The notes under the pieces were generated by a model. It was not told the DNA's origin. It saw nothing but the letters and a program-made list of their open reading frames with translations, and did not search any database. A program made the translations under genes and the position numbers. Below are positions 12,000-25,962 of a DNA stretch of 64,000 bases, in pieces (positions within the stretch are counted from its first letter, which is position 1; each line of letters opens with the position of its first letter). The stretch comes from Octopus bimaculoides (Eukaryota): the NCBI RefSeq assembly GCF_001194135.2, contig NC_068981.1, positions 40,753,884-40,817,883 of the forward strand, read 5' to 3'.

Positions 12000-12700
12000 A
12001 GTAAAATAAAGAAGCTTACGGAAAAAATATAAACTTGGCAAAAGCCAACCTATGTTCCACAATAAGATATAAATGAAGAAAGCAGTCGACAGTTTTGATT
12101 AATGTGTTGATTTTGGACTTGTCAGATTTTTTTTTATTGAACCAGCGCTTAGAGACATCTAAACATGGCATCAACTGCAACGATGCTTTACCAGGAATTA
12201 GAGCAGGTAAGTGTTCAGTAAACAGTAATATAATGTTTATACGCAGCAAAACATTTTTGTTTGGCACTTACAAGATACTCGTTTTCTTTTTTTCCATTTA
12301 TATATTTGCATTATGTTAATGACATAAAATTTCATAGGGGTGTGGTCCATCATCCGAAACTGCCAAAACAGTCGAGGAGACTTGGGTAAGTTCAAATACA
12401 GTGAGGAGTGTAGAATCGTAACACTTCTTGCTTTCTTTTCTTCAGAGAAAGTTCTAAACCCCCGAATCATTTGGGTTTACATTCCTCCCGACATTTGAAC
12501 TTAGCTAACTTTTCTACTGACTAACTGTTGCCGAAGGAGACCTTCACTAGCGCCTCATCCTTAGACTCCTGATTTTCCCTTACTAAACATAATCTGTAGA
12601 GTAGAAGGAAATAAATAAATACGAAGCATAAATTAAGTTGTAAATTTTTATATCAATTCGAAAGCAAATATTGCCTTAGACTATATATATATTTATATCG
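12000..12700 (+). promoter_or_regulatory. CpG-enriched region around EXOC5 coding exon 1, probable promoter-proximal zone
   Basis: Non-repeat sequence with visibly more CpG dinucleotides than the CpG-poor introns (judged by eye, not computed). Confidence 0.35.
12165..12206 (+). CDS. EXOC5: EXOC5 coding exon 1 (MASTATMLYQELEQ)
   Basis: aaacATGg start context, GAGCAG|gtaagt donor, phase 0 into EPFN of exon 2; the start could alternatively be the ATG at 12183. Confidence 0.85.
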
Positions 12701-15700
12701 TTTGAACTGAGTCTGTATTTACTCATTCTGTAATTACTTTATTTATTATCCAAATGTATATCTTAACTTAAGTGATTACCGTTTTACAAAATTAAATTTT
12801 AAAAATTGGACAAAACAGAGAACACAATTGAAAAAATTAAAGAGAACGGAAAAAAAGAAACAAACCAAAACAATTCACCACCTAGGATTGAAATGTTGGG
12901 GGTACTGGGAAACGTCTCTAATGGCTATTAAGGCACGCTTGCAGTGTTGCCACAGGTGATGGTGAGGCTGATGCACTGGAGCAGCCAAGTGCCCTCACGA
13001 GCCTCACCACATACCTCTGCTGGGCGAGTTGCCAGTGAAGACAGGAATCTCGCAGTTAGTGGTCCAACCCCACCAAACGTCTCAAATGCTACATGATGGA
13101 AAATGTAGTTGGCTAACAGATCGCAGTATTTCAGGATTTTGTTCCACTCGGCCGCAAAAGCTGTGGATCTCGCTCTGACCGCAGCATTCAGGATGTGAGA
13201 AGAAGCAAAGGGGTCTCTAACTGTGACATCCCAGACAAGGCATCTACCTCGCAACAGTGAGGCCATCAGTTCTTTTCCCACCACATCTGGACAATCCAGA
13301 TGGTTCCAAGATGGAGGGAATGTTTGCCCGAGCCAAGCTCCTCTTGAGTATCAAGTTCAACTCCATATGACGTGCAAAGCAACCAGCATTCGGGTGGCAA
13401 GAAAGACCATGGAGGCCTGTGGAGTCGAGGAGCCTGCCGCAACAGCAGATCAAACCCTTGCATACATTAGCTCCCACTCTAAGGGCAATGGAGACACAAA
13501 GTTCGTTCAAGCTGAGTAGGCCACCAACATTAGCCACAGGGATGGCACCAATCCAGTCACCTGAGTACTTAACGCTAGTAGACAGTAATTGGCACCTTGA
13601 AAACTGGTCCGACTGGATAAAGAGGGAGTCGAACTATTATTTGTACTGAGAGATTTTGAGATAACAATTTCTACATTTTAGTGATAAAGGTGAATTGTTA
13701 AATTTCTAATTCAAAAGGCTACACCACATCTTAGTTGCTAACAGCTGAGAGATTTGCACCAAATACTGACTTTTTAATGCTCAAGAAAGAAAGTTTATAT
13801 TTGTGAAACAATTGTATAGGCCAGGAAGTTAGATGATTTTAAGTAGGAAGGCTGTCAAATCACAACCCACTTCAGGTAGATGGTCCTGCTTGATTTGTAG
13901 AAAAGGTGTGGGTAGAAACTCCATACAACGTACTTAGTGTAAGCTATGGACACACAAAAGGTCAGCAATATCAAAGGAAGGTTAACCGGGAATATAGTTT
14001 TTGCATGTGGCAGATGCAATGGAGCAATAAACACTGAAGATGTACAAAAAATATATTCTATCACATGCCAGGGAGAGAAACTAGGAGTAGTCAATAGCTT
14101 CCACTACCTAGATAACCAAGTCTGTAGCACCATCCGAATGTAAAAAGCAACAAACATGGCCAATGCCAGTACCCCCTGACTAGCTCTTGTGACAGTGGCA
14201 TGTAAAAAGCACCTTCTAAACGTGATCGATGCGAGGCCCGCCTGACTGGCTCCTGTGCCGGTGGCACGTATAAGGCACCCACTACACTCTCAGAGTGGTT
14301 AGCATTAGGAAGGGCATCCAGCTGTAAAAAACATTGCCAGATCAGATTGGCGCCTGGTGCAGCTGCTGGCTCTCCAGGCCTCAGTCAAACTGTCTAATCC
14401 ATGCCAGCATGGAAAATGGATGTTAAACGACGATGGTGATGAACATAGTTCACAAGATGGACAAGATGTATCTGAAAAAACAAATACTTCACATCAAATC
14501 ATGCTTACAAATTAAAAGAATGTGTTTCTGCTGTCAATAGACAAATAAAAGCAAGAGTACTGCTATGTCATATTGACAGAGATAACAACCAAATTTCCCA
14601 TAAATCACATCTTACCATCTTAAAAGATTAAATTTGATGATGTAGTACTACATACTCAGACCTGGTTGAAACCGAAACGGTAATGATTTTCGATTACAGG
14701 CCTTCTCATACAAAGCTGTACTATAGCTAAATAACAGCATAGTGTTATAGAATATATAATAAAAACTGATTAAATTGTAGCCTATTTGTTGTGTAAATAC
14801 TGATATTTAATATAGGAAGAATGCATGTAAAATAGTATGGAGAAACATATTTGATATAGAAATTGTGATCAAAGCAGAGACTGGTTTAGTTTGTGGCAAG
14901 GAAATGTTTTCATGAAATCAAACTTTTAAATTACCTTATTTTAACATATATAAGGAACCCCCTAATTTTGGGGGCTTAAAATTTGGGAAAAAGGTTTTGT
15001 AAGGGATTATCATTCAACCACAGTAGTGGTTGAGTATATTCTTAAGTCCACCATTTCGTCAATTGCAGCAGCTTCCAAGCTTCACCACTAATTTACTTCT
15101 CAACTAAATTGCAAGCTGTTAAGTTTTAAAGAGGACACCTCCTCAACTACACTTTGGCACAAATAGTTTGAGATTGGCATAAATAGTTTGGTTCAGTAGA
15201 AAAAAAAGTTACATCAAAATATCTGTGACCTCAAGGGGGTGGGGGGAGTAAGGCAGATATTCATCTTCAATTAACATAAATTTTAAATTAAAAGTATACC
15301 TTTCTTAGACTTAAATGATAGACAAATGCATGAGGAATTCAGAATTGCTAGTCGCATTGAACAAAAATTAGTAGAAAAAGAGTTATGAGGTAAAATGTTA
15401 CGAAATTTCAAGTAAGGGAGTAATGCTTAAGCAATAAGAATAAAGAATATATTTCTAAAATGAATGTTTTCTTTCTAAGGCGACGAACTGGCAGAAACAT
15501 TAGTGTGCTGGGTAAAATGCTTAACGATATTTCGTCTGTCTTTACGTTTTTGAGTTCAAATTTCGCCGAGGTCAACTTTGACGTACAGATTATTTAATTA
15601 ATTTTTTTTAACTAAACACTTTCAAACTTCCAATACTGGTAGAATGTGTCACATTGAACAGGGTTTACTCTTAACGTTTTTGAAAAAATTTTTGACTATG

Positions 15701-18700
15701 ATTTCAACACTTTTATCACTTCATTACCATAATAGTAAGAATATCAAAAGGCAACTGTCAACAAATGTTCTTCATACTTTTAATAACATTGTACCAGTTT
15801 TAGATATCAGTATTATTGTTTATGACAAGTGGTGAGCTGACAGAACCATTTGTATGCCTGGCAAAATGCTTATTGGTATTTTGTCTGTCTTTACGTTCTG
15901 AGTTCAAATTCTGCTGTGGTCAGCTTTGCCTTTCATCCTTTTGAGTCGATAAAATAAGTACTAGTTGGACACTGAGGTCAAGGCAATTGATGTGGACCCT
16001 CCCTCAAAATTGCTGGCCTTGTGCCAAAATGTGAAACCAATCTTATTGTTCATGAATATTTGTGCATTAATGTTTACATGTGGCTAATGGTGCTGTTGTG
16101 TTATAGGAGCCCTTCAATCCACATGAATTTGTGGAACGTTTGGCTTGGCGTACTATGGGAACCAGAGCACAGACTAACTGTGATGAGTTTGATCCAATGA
16201 CACTGCATGCAGCATTTGAAAGAATGATTACTGACTTGAAAGAGAAAAATTTACAAGTTCACAAAAAAGTTGAAAGATTAGAAAATGCCTGCAAAGAAGA
16301 AGAGAAACGTCATTGGCAGCGTGTTGCTGAATTACAAAGAAAGAACCAAGTATGATTATATTCCTCTTTTCTCACAATATTCTTTCAATTGCTTTTGTAA
16401 ATTATAAATGGTATGTGTAAATTTGTCATTTAAGAAATTATACTAAATTTATTACAATTGAAATTGTGTAATTATACACGGAAGACAAGCCAACAAGAGA
16501 GCCACTGTGGTTTCTTAACCTGCTAGAGACAGCCAAATTTCCCACAATATAGGAAGGATGCATTAAGTAATATAGTCCTTGATGCCTGATGACAGGGGGA
16601 AAAAATGGGCAGAGCTGGACTATTTTTCTATCACATGTCCACTTAGGCTAACCCAGAGTCAAACAACATTGTATACATTTTGAAATATTGTGTTTTGTCT
16701 CTGTTTTTAAAGTATCTGCTACAGATTCAGGCATATTGTAACCTGGCATGTCATCAGTGGTATGTAAAAGGGTTGACATGAGGAAGTGCAGCCAGTCATA
16801 AAACACTGCCTTAAAAGCTTTGTCTAATCTATGCTAACATAGGAAAAGTGAATGCAAAAACAACAATATTGGTATATCTGTATTGCTCACTTACTTTGTT
16901 TTATTTTCTTGTTTTAGAGTTCTTATTCCAAGTTTCAAGAATTAGATGAACGAATCAATTTTGTAGCTACGAAAGTTGTCCACCTTGGAGACCAACTTGA
17001 AGGAGTAAACACACCACGAGCTTGTGCTGTTGAAGCACAGAGATTAATGAATTATTTTTCAGAGTTTTTATCAGATGAAGATTTGAAATCTACTGTATTT
17101 ACTGATCCTTTCCAGGTAAATTATTTCTTTTGCTAGGGTTTATTTTAGGTCTTTTTGAAAACATTTTAAAATCAAAATATTATCTTCCTGTGTGAAATTG
17201 GAAACAATTGATGGTTATTTCTAAAAACTGGAAGATTTTCTAAATGATCAAATTTATCATTAATGGTCTGTTTAACTGACATAATTATCCTCTAAATCTG
17301 CTTGTATATATGACCATTTTTGTGTCATTTAAAAACTAGTCAAATATGATAATCCTTTTATAAATTGTTTATTAAATACATTGGGGTTGAGCCATTTAGT
17401 CATTATTAGTGCACAGACACTGTTAATAATAGTAATAATAATAATGATAATCCTTTCTACTAAAGGCACAATGCCTGGAATTTGTGGTTGTGGGGATTAG
17501 TTGATTACATTGATCCCCAGTTTTTCACTGGTACTTAATTTATTGACCCCCAAAAGAATGAAAGGCAAAGTCAACCTCAGCAGAATTTAAAATCAGAATG
17601 TAGTGACAGGTGAAATACTGTCAGGTATTTCTCCCACCGTGCTAACGATTCTGCCAGCTTGCCACCTTAATAATAATAATTTTGAGGGAAGAAGGTTGGT
17701 TGCATGAACCCTAGTACTTGACTGGAACTTTATTTTATTAACACCAAAAGGACAAAGCAAAGTTGGCAGCAACAAGATTTGACTGCTGAATTTAATAGAT
17801 CAGAAGGAATATCACAAGGATTTTGTCCAATGCACTAACAACTCTACCACTTTATCACCCCTGATTGTTTGTAATTTAGGCACTAAGCCAGTAATTTTGA
17901 TGAGAGTTAGCTAGCCGATGCCATTGACTTCAGAACTTGACTGGTATCTTATTGTATTAACCCTAGAATGAAGAAAGGCACATTTGACCTCAGCAGGGTT
18001 TGAACTCAGAATGTAAAGAACTGGCACAAATACTGCAAGACATTTTCTCCAGTGCTCTAACAATTCAGCCACTATGATGATAATAATATGTGTGTGTGTG
18101 TGTGTGTGTATTTAAAGGCTACAATGACTCTATTATGATGCAGTGTCCTAGCACATTAAATATTTAATCATTTACCAAGTAAGTGCAACTCAAGAAGATT
18201 TATCAAATATTTACTATGTTAATACTTTAATGATTGACCTATTCAAAGATCTCCTGCTTTTAAATCTTAACTAAAATCATACATTTCAAGAAAATAGCGT
18301 TACAGTACATAATAACATTGTTATTTGTCACTGTAGACACAGCGTAGCTATGTCATGAGTTCTTATTTTATCAGCCTAGAAGAATAAAACATTATCAACT
18401 CAATTAAGGGACTCTAATTCATATTAGAATAATTCAACACATCTAATATGAAACCATTCCATTCCCTGAGTTCTATGCAATTTTGTAGCGACTGATTTGT
18501 TTTCTATAGAAGAGTTCAGAGTATTACTATCCTGCCTCTACATTTTTGTTTTTTTTGTCTTTTGAGATATCTTTATTCATGATGTGATATTTTTAAAGAA
18601 CTATATAATAAAAAAATATATATCTATTCCTTCCTTAGCTCCAGTTAGCAGCAGACATTATTCAGAAGTTACATCTTATTGCACAAGAACTACCAAATGG

Positions 18701-20220
18701 TGAAAAGTATGTTTGTTAAATTTTTATTCAATTTTAGTTGATTACATGTTTTGCATTTATGTTTTTTTGGGATCACTTCTGAAAGGTTGGTGACATACTC
18801 AAAAAAAAATTGTGCGGAAAATTTGTACTTTGTTCAATACTTTGTTCTCTAAATCACACATTACTTCATCAATATACCTTAGGTCTGTTCCTCTCAAAAT
18901 TTTTATTGACTTGATCATGAGAAATTAGCAATCATTGATAGGCTAAATCATCGACCATTATCAGCATCAAAAATGGTTATTGCACTTCTGCATTGTCTTT
19001 ATTCATATGTGGCCATACTGGCGCAATGCTTTCTAGGGTTTTAGTCAGACCTATCAACTCTAATTATCATTATCATCATTTGTTTGTTTTTCTGAGCTTG
19101 TGTGGATTACATCTCACCGCCTGTTGTGGCCCTTAGCCACAGATATATGTGTATACCTTTATGATAATTTCTAGAAATGTTCAGTAGTTTATTCAGATAT
19201 ATCATAAACCAAAGAAATCATTATTGTTATGCCAATCTATGCATTTTTACTTTTTAAGAAGAGTTAATGTACTTTAAAACTGAATTGTCTACAAAATATC
19301 AATATTTTAAAACAGTTTTCATTTCCTTTTTTGAAGGTTTTTAAATGTTGATAATTAAATAACCTATTTTTGGTCTAAAAGTATCGTGTCCATTCTTGTT
19401 ATCTGCAGTTGATATAGTGAATATTGTGCCTTAAGACTAAGAAAAGTTATTTACTTTTTAATTTTTTTAATTTAATTTCAGATTTGTGAAAGCAAGACAA
19501 AGAATATCAGGTTTGTATTTATAGACATTTAATTTCCAACAATGTTTAAATAGTTTTGTCTATTCTTAGTAAAAACAAAAATCTGAAATTATAAAAAATA
19601 ATATTGGACCAACTTGGAATATGTTTTTTTTTTAAATGTTATAGTCTTACTGCTCTTCATTTCCAACACTCTGAAAGTAGTATGTTGTTGCTACTTTGGC
19701 TGTCAGTGGCAGTAGTTACTTATAATTGATTTGTCATGACAAGGAACAAGGGTCTATACCAGTGGTTCCCAACCTGGGGTCTGTGAACTAAATTCAAAAT
19801 TTCACATAATATATATATACATAAGGATAACCATATTAAAGGGGATCTGTGGGAAAACTCATTTAAATAAAAGGGGTCCTTGGTAGTGATATGGTTGGGA
19901 GCCATACACACACACTAAACTCTGAGTTTCATATTTCTCATTATTGGAGCAGCAGTATACATACCAATATGCCAAGAGCAATGCATGACTGAGCTGGTGT
20001 TCTTGGGGAAAGAATGCAACTTCTTAATTCATATGTTACAAATGGTTACAATGTCTAAGACAATAAAAATCTTCAAGGCCTTAAGATTTAAAGAATGATG
20101 AACAAAAAATGCTTTCTTTCACAAACCTTGCTATTAAGCAGGTGGCCAGTCAAAATTAACTTTGAATGAAAAAGAGAAAAAGAATATACAAACATATGCA
20201 GATACACACACACACACACA

Positions 20221-20268
<48 letters not shown>

Positions 20269-23200
20269 CTCTTGCACACACAGAAGCATGAGAAATAGAG
20301 CTGTGACATTCGGTAGAGAATCAAACATTGTTAAACTTTATTCATTGAGAGCTTAGCTTGCTCTTTTCTTCAGGCTTTTTTTTACATGCTGTGTCACTGA
20401 TATTTTATTTGTTTACTTATTAACCTGAAATCTTCCCACAAGCAGAGGAGAATGCCTTGAGAAATAATTCTGTGGTTGCTTGACTTGCTAGAAATACCAA
20501 AGAAATCTCCCTCAAATTACACTTCCCGATAACATGAATGAAAGCCACATTGGATCATGTTGTCCTAGATTTACTTTATGTAAAAATGTGATGGTATGGC
20601 CATAGCTTGGATGTTTTTGACCTCAGGTTTGCTCACTCAGAGCTTTCTCTGCCTAAACTCCTATATATCATCATCCTTTGAATCTCTACATTAGGACAAA
20701 CACCTCAGTGGTGCCCCACAAATTTAATAAGTTCTATGAAAGTTTATTTAGCTTGTACCAGTATTAACGAAATTGCAAAGGAACATAGGTACCACAGTTC
20801 TTCCTCTAAGGGACCCCCTTATAAACACTTATGAAATTTATACATAAATATTTGCTTAAAATAACATATGTTTTACATTTATTTATTTAACAGTATTTAG
20901 CAAATAGGTTTATTGTCAATTAAAAGATTTCGATTAAAAGACATATATAAAATCAAATTGCCCATAAAAAGTATTTGCTGTCCACAGACCTCCTGTCTTG
21001 TCCTTACAGACCCCCTGTGGTCTGCGGACCACAGTTTGAAAACCCCTGCTCTAAGGGATACAGTCTTTATTAATTTTTTTTTAGTGTTAACATTGCTTTC
21101 CAAATTGAATTCTGAATATTTTTGTGTGTGTGTATATGTGTAAGTATATAATTTGAGTATCTCTATCTTAAGCTTTAATTCTTTGATGGTTATAATTGGC
21201 AAGTAACTATTTTACTTTCATTCTGTTCTAACTATATTGTTGGTTTGTAGATAAATATAACCAGGTGGAAAATGAGTTGATTGAAGAATTCAGAATTGCA
21301 CATCATGAAGGGGACACTCGCAAAATGAGAAGAGTTGCTGCCGTGCTACAAAATTTCAAGGTATTCATTGATTATGTGATCACCTATATTTACAAATTCA
21401 ATAATCCCTTACCTGGCAAAGACAAGTTAACTCGTCTTCACCTAATTTGTCTTTTTCAAAGTGCGACAAGTAAACTCATCCAAAACATGTAATTTCAAAA
21501 ACAGCCACAGATGAGTTTATACATCAATCTTCAGCATTTCTCAGTTTTTTCTGTTTCTTTTTTTTTTTTCAAATTACACCTAGATATCAAGCTCAGAAAA
21601 ATATATATATGAAAAAAAGATTTTTGAGAAAACATGCTAAAAAAAGGAGTAAAATAAATGCGTATTCTTCTTTACTTTTGATGATAAAGTTTTAAAAAAA
21701 GCAATACATAAAAAAAATATTTAAAAAGTATGGGAAGATGAGCTATCTCATTTTTGCTGAAAATAGTNNNNNNNNNNNNNNNNNNNNNNNNNNNNNNNNN
21801 NNNNNNNNNNNNNNNNNNNNNNNNNNNNNNNNNNNNNNNNNNNNNNNNNNNNNNNNNNNNNNNNNNNNNNNNNNNNNNNNNNNNNNNNNNNNNNNNNNNN
21901 NNNNNNNNNNNNNNNNNNNNNNNNNNNNNNNNNNNNNNNNNNNNNNNNNNNNNNNNNNNNNNNNNNNNNNNNNNNNNNNNNNNNNNNNNNNNNNNNNNCA
22001 AAGCATAGAAATCAAGCCAGACTTGACATGTTCAAGCACCAGGCTGTTAAAGCAGTGGCTCCCAAGAAACAATACTCAAATCATGACAGCCCATCTGACC
22101 CATACCAGCATAGAAAACAAAAGTAAAAATGCTGATCATGATGATGACTGCTCTTTACACAGTAATTGTGAAGGAGTTATTTTTACTGAGGTTGATCCCA
22201 GTGGCTATAAATAGAATTTGAACTGCTGACTTGGCTGTTAATATACAGAATCAGTTGAATTTTGAAAAATAGTTTAGTTTATCATTTTGGCTTTTTTTTT
22301 TTTAATATTATATTTTGCCTGTTGTAGTTTAAAAGAAATCATTTATATAAATGATGAATTTTACTTTTATGATTTTATATTACAATAAATATTTCATAAT
22401 CATTTAATGTTTGCCATTTGACATTAATATTTTTTGGTTTCTTTTCAGAGTTACAGTCAATGTATTGAATCTTTTATAGAAGAAACACAAAAGGTAACTA
22501 TAATTCTTACTAACGAAATATTTTAGTTATTGTTGTGGATGTTTTTATTTTTTCATTTATTTATTTTTTTTAATATCTACTCCCACATATCTTGATTTTA
22601 TTATATATTTTTAACTTGACAAATCTATAAGCAATGTGATTTGCATTTTTATATTAACTTCATTTAAAAAATTATATTCTCTTATTCATTTCTGTATTCG
22701 GTATGCAATTTTCTTGATATGAACTTGTGCTGAAACAGATTTTGTTATATCTTGGAAGGGTCATTATACCAATAATAAATACACACACTGATTCTACTTC
22801 ACAATCAAACAATTAATTGGTTGAAGGTTAACAAATCAACTAATAATGAAAATAGAGTGAAATAGAATCAGTGTGCTTGACATAATGATCCTCCAAAGAT
22901 ACAGCAAAATTTTCTGATTCTTTTCTGATAGCAGCTTTCTATTGATATTATTTTTAGCATCAGTTTTACAATAATTTTTTCCATGGTGGCACAGTTGGAT
23001 GTGTTTGCAACACAACAGCCTTCTTAAATCTCTCTAGTCTACATCTGATGTCTTTGTTACCACATTAAGTATTGTTTCTTACTATACTATTATTTATAAT
23101 TTGGACATGTATAGATACCAGCCAATATTAAGGTCACAGATCAAACTGTTTGAATTTTCTTTGTGTTCTGCACCATAAAAGATAACATAAAATATCAGAA

Positions 23201-25928
23201 AATGTCAAATCTATATAACATTTGTGGTAGTGTAGATTAACCTATATTTTTAGATTTAACAAAACGACCTTTTCCTTATCTTGGTATTTTATTATCTATC
23301 ATTATTTCTTTCTTTTTTTTTTAATCATCTGATATTAATTTTTAGCAACAGAAGCAGTATTAGTACCAAAGACAATCTTTAAAGACAACTTAACATGGAT
23401 GTTTTGTTAGGACACTAAATACTACATTATTAGCCTTGCAAGAGCCTCTCATATAAGCACTCGGTGCATGAAAGCACACACACAAAACATAAGCAAGAAT
23501 CATCTGTTATGGATGCCAGAACTATCCAATATATACACACACCACACATACATTTACTGTAGTGGGATAGGTTTTACAAATCATGACATTTGCATATTTC
23601 TGGAGTAATTCTTTTTGCAGCTAGACATTCTTCTTACATCCTAAACACTCAACTCTAAAATTATTGTGAAACTTTCTGTCAGATATATGTTATACTGAGA
23701 CAGCTGTATGTTTAGCTAATGACCACAGTCCAATATCCCTAGTATTACAGTTTGAACTTATGAATATGAGGTTCAGTAAACCTTTTACGATACAGTTTTT
23801 TTTAAAATTTAATTGTTCATTTATTTTAATTAGTTGACCTAATTGACATTTCTCACTTGCATATCATATTTCACTCCCTCTCTCTCACTCACACACGCAC
23901 ATTGAGACCTAAGTGCAGTTTTTTGGAAGCTTGACCAGAATTAAGATTTCTCTCTTTTTTTTTTTTTTTTGGTGGAGGTCAGTTTCCATTTTTACTCCAT
24001 AGCCAAGGGAGGAAGGTCAGGATTCATGCACTCTTTATTTTTCAATGTTTCTGTGACTATTAGGTACAAAAGAGGAAATTATCCTCAAACTAAGCAATGG
24101 TTTAACACTCAGAATGCAGTCAACTGGAACAAATATTACAAAGTATCTTATCTGATATTCTAATAAATCTCTCACTCCACTGCCATATAGTTGTTTTAGC
24201 CTTTCTCTTTCCACCTCCTTTTCATCCCTCCATCTGGTTCTTAGTTTTTTTCTTCTCTTCCTGTATCTTTGTAATCTGTCTTTCTCTCCTCGTTGGTCTG
24301 CTCTTTGCCAGTGATTCTCCACTCCCTGTTGTTTCCAGTCCTAATCTTTTTCCTTCCCGATAGATTATATTTGCCAAGTTCTCAAGCTTTTGTTCATCAT
24401 CCCCTTTGAATTTGGTGGTCATTCTTGCTACCTCGTTGTCGTATTTCTTATAACTCGCTGCATCATTTTCCTTCGGTCACTTAATCTTTAGCTTCTTCAT
24501 GCTTATCTCAATGGATAGAGTTTATAAACTCTCCATGCAGCCTTCAAAAATGATAACCTCAACCCTACCAGCTCATAAAAACCCCGAAGAAGTTCTACCC
24601 CATATAGTAAGAATATTACTTTTTTCTTAGCATTTAACCATATTCTGTGCTATGGGATAGCACAGAAACATGTAGGTTTTTTTAAAATTCTTTTTGAGCT
24701 TTACAACTTATAATCAATTTATTTGTATTGTAATGTTTTTAAAAATTTTTCAACATTTTTTTAACATACAAATAAATTTTTCACACATCCAATTCTTTTC
24801 ATTTTCTCTCCTTCATTATATATATGTGTGTGTGTGTGTGATGAATCTTGCAGGCATGAAGTGGATTCGATCCACCATAGCCAAATTTAAATTAACAGTT
24901 CAACAGAACTTTTCTCACAGTAAAACAATAGTTTTTCTGTGACAGCAGTTTTACATTTGCCAGATTGCCTTAGCTAGGCCAAAATAATGTCTTCACCATT
25001 TGACCCTTCTAACTTCTCCTAGACCACCAAAAGCTAGAATTAAGATAACAAGTACCACCAACTAAATCCATTGTTCTCAACGATATGTCTATCCTTCTGG
25101 ATAGTTATAAAAGCAAGAACCCCAAGCAAAGATCAGTTAGTCACTTGGTGACGACTGAGTTAGTCGGCTCGTGACAGCTCAATCAGTTAGTTAATGAATG
25201 ACAAACTCGAGTCAGAGACAGCTACCATCAGGTAGGGAGCAGAACGCTAGAATCATGATCCGAAGCAAAGTAGCTACTAAAGACTTGTCAAATGGAGAAT
25301 TGAAATTTACTGTCAGCAGCTATGAGACCCAACTTCCCACACTCTCTCACTTTCACTAACTCACTTTGTCTTCTCTGCACATTACCATATCTCTCTCTAT
25401 GGTTTACTACTACAATACAAGCACACAGGCCGAAATTAACTTTTTTACTTCACACACTCTAGAATTTTATCACCTCCCCATTGAGGCAAGGTATATTCAA
25501 TGTAGCGGTAAATAAATATTTTCTTCACAACTTCAATCACTGTTCTTTCATCTTTATATAATAGCAATCAATGGAGAACTAATCCTTACAAACAGATTAC
25601 ATCTATCCTGCTGTGTATCAACTATCGTTTATCATATTATTGCTTACTAGGCAGCGAGCTGGCAGAAACGTTAGCATGCCGGGCGAAATGCTTAGCGGTA
25701 TTTCGTCTGCCGCTACGTTCTGAGTTCAAATTCCGCCGAGGTCAACTTTGCCTATCATCCTTTCGGGGTCGATTAAATAAGTACCAGTTACTCACTGGGG
25801 TCGATATAATCGACTTAATCCGTTTGTCTGTCCTTGTTTGTCCCCTCTGTGTGTAGCCCCTTGTGGGCAGTAAAAAAAATAAAAATAAAAATATTATTGC
25901 TTACTAATTAATTTCATCCATTACACAC

Positions 25929-25962
<34 letters not shown>

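Noticed and set aside
16176-16355. Internal Met codons (MGTRAQ, MTLHAA) in exon 2 as the EXOC5 start
   Set aside because: An upstream in-phase exon at 12165-12206 with a consensus donor supplies the expected N-terminus.
25655-25740. tRNA gene (A/B boxes present)
   Set aside because: It has no convincing cloverleaf, continues into a SINE body with tail and TSD, and is multicopy in this window.
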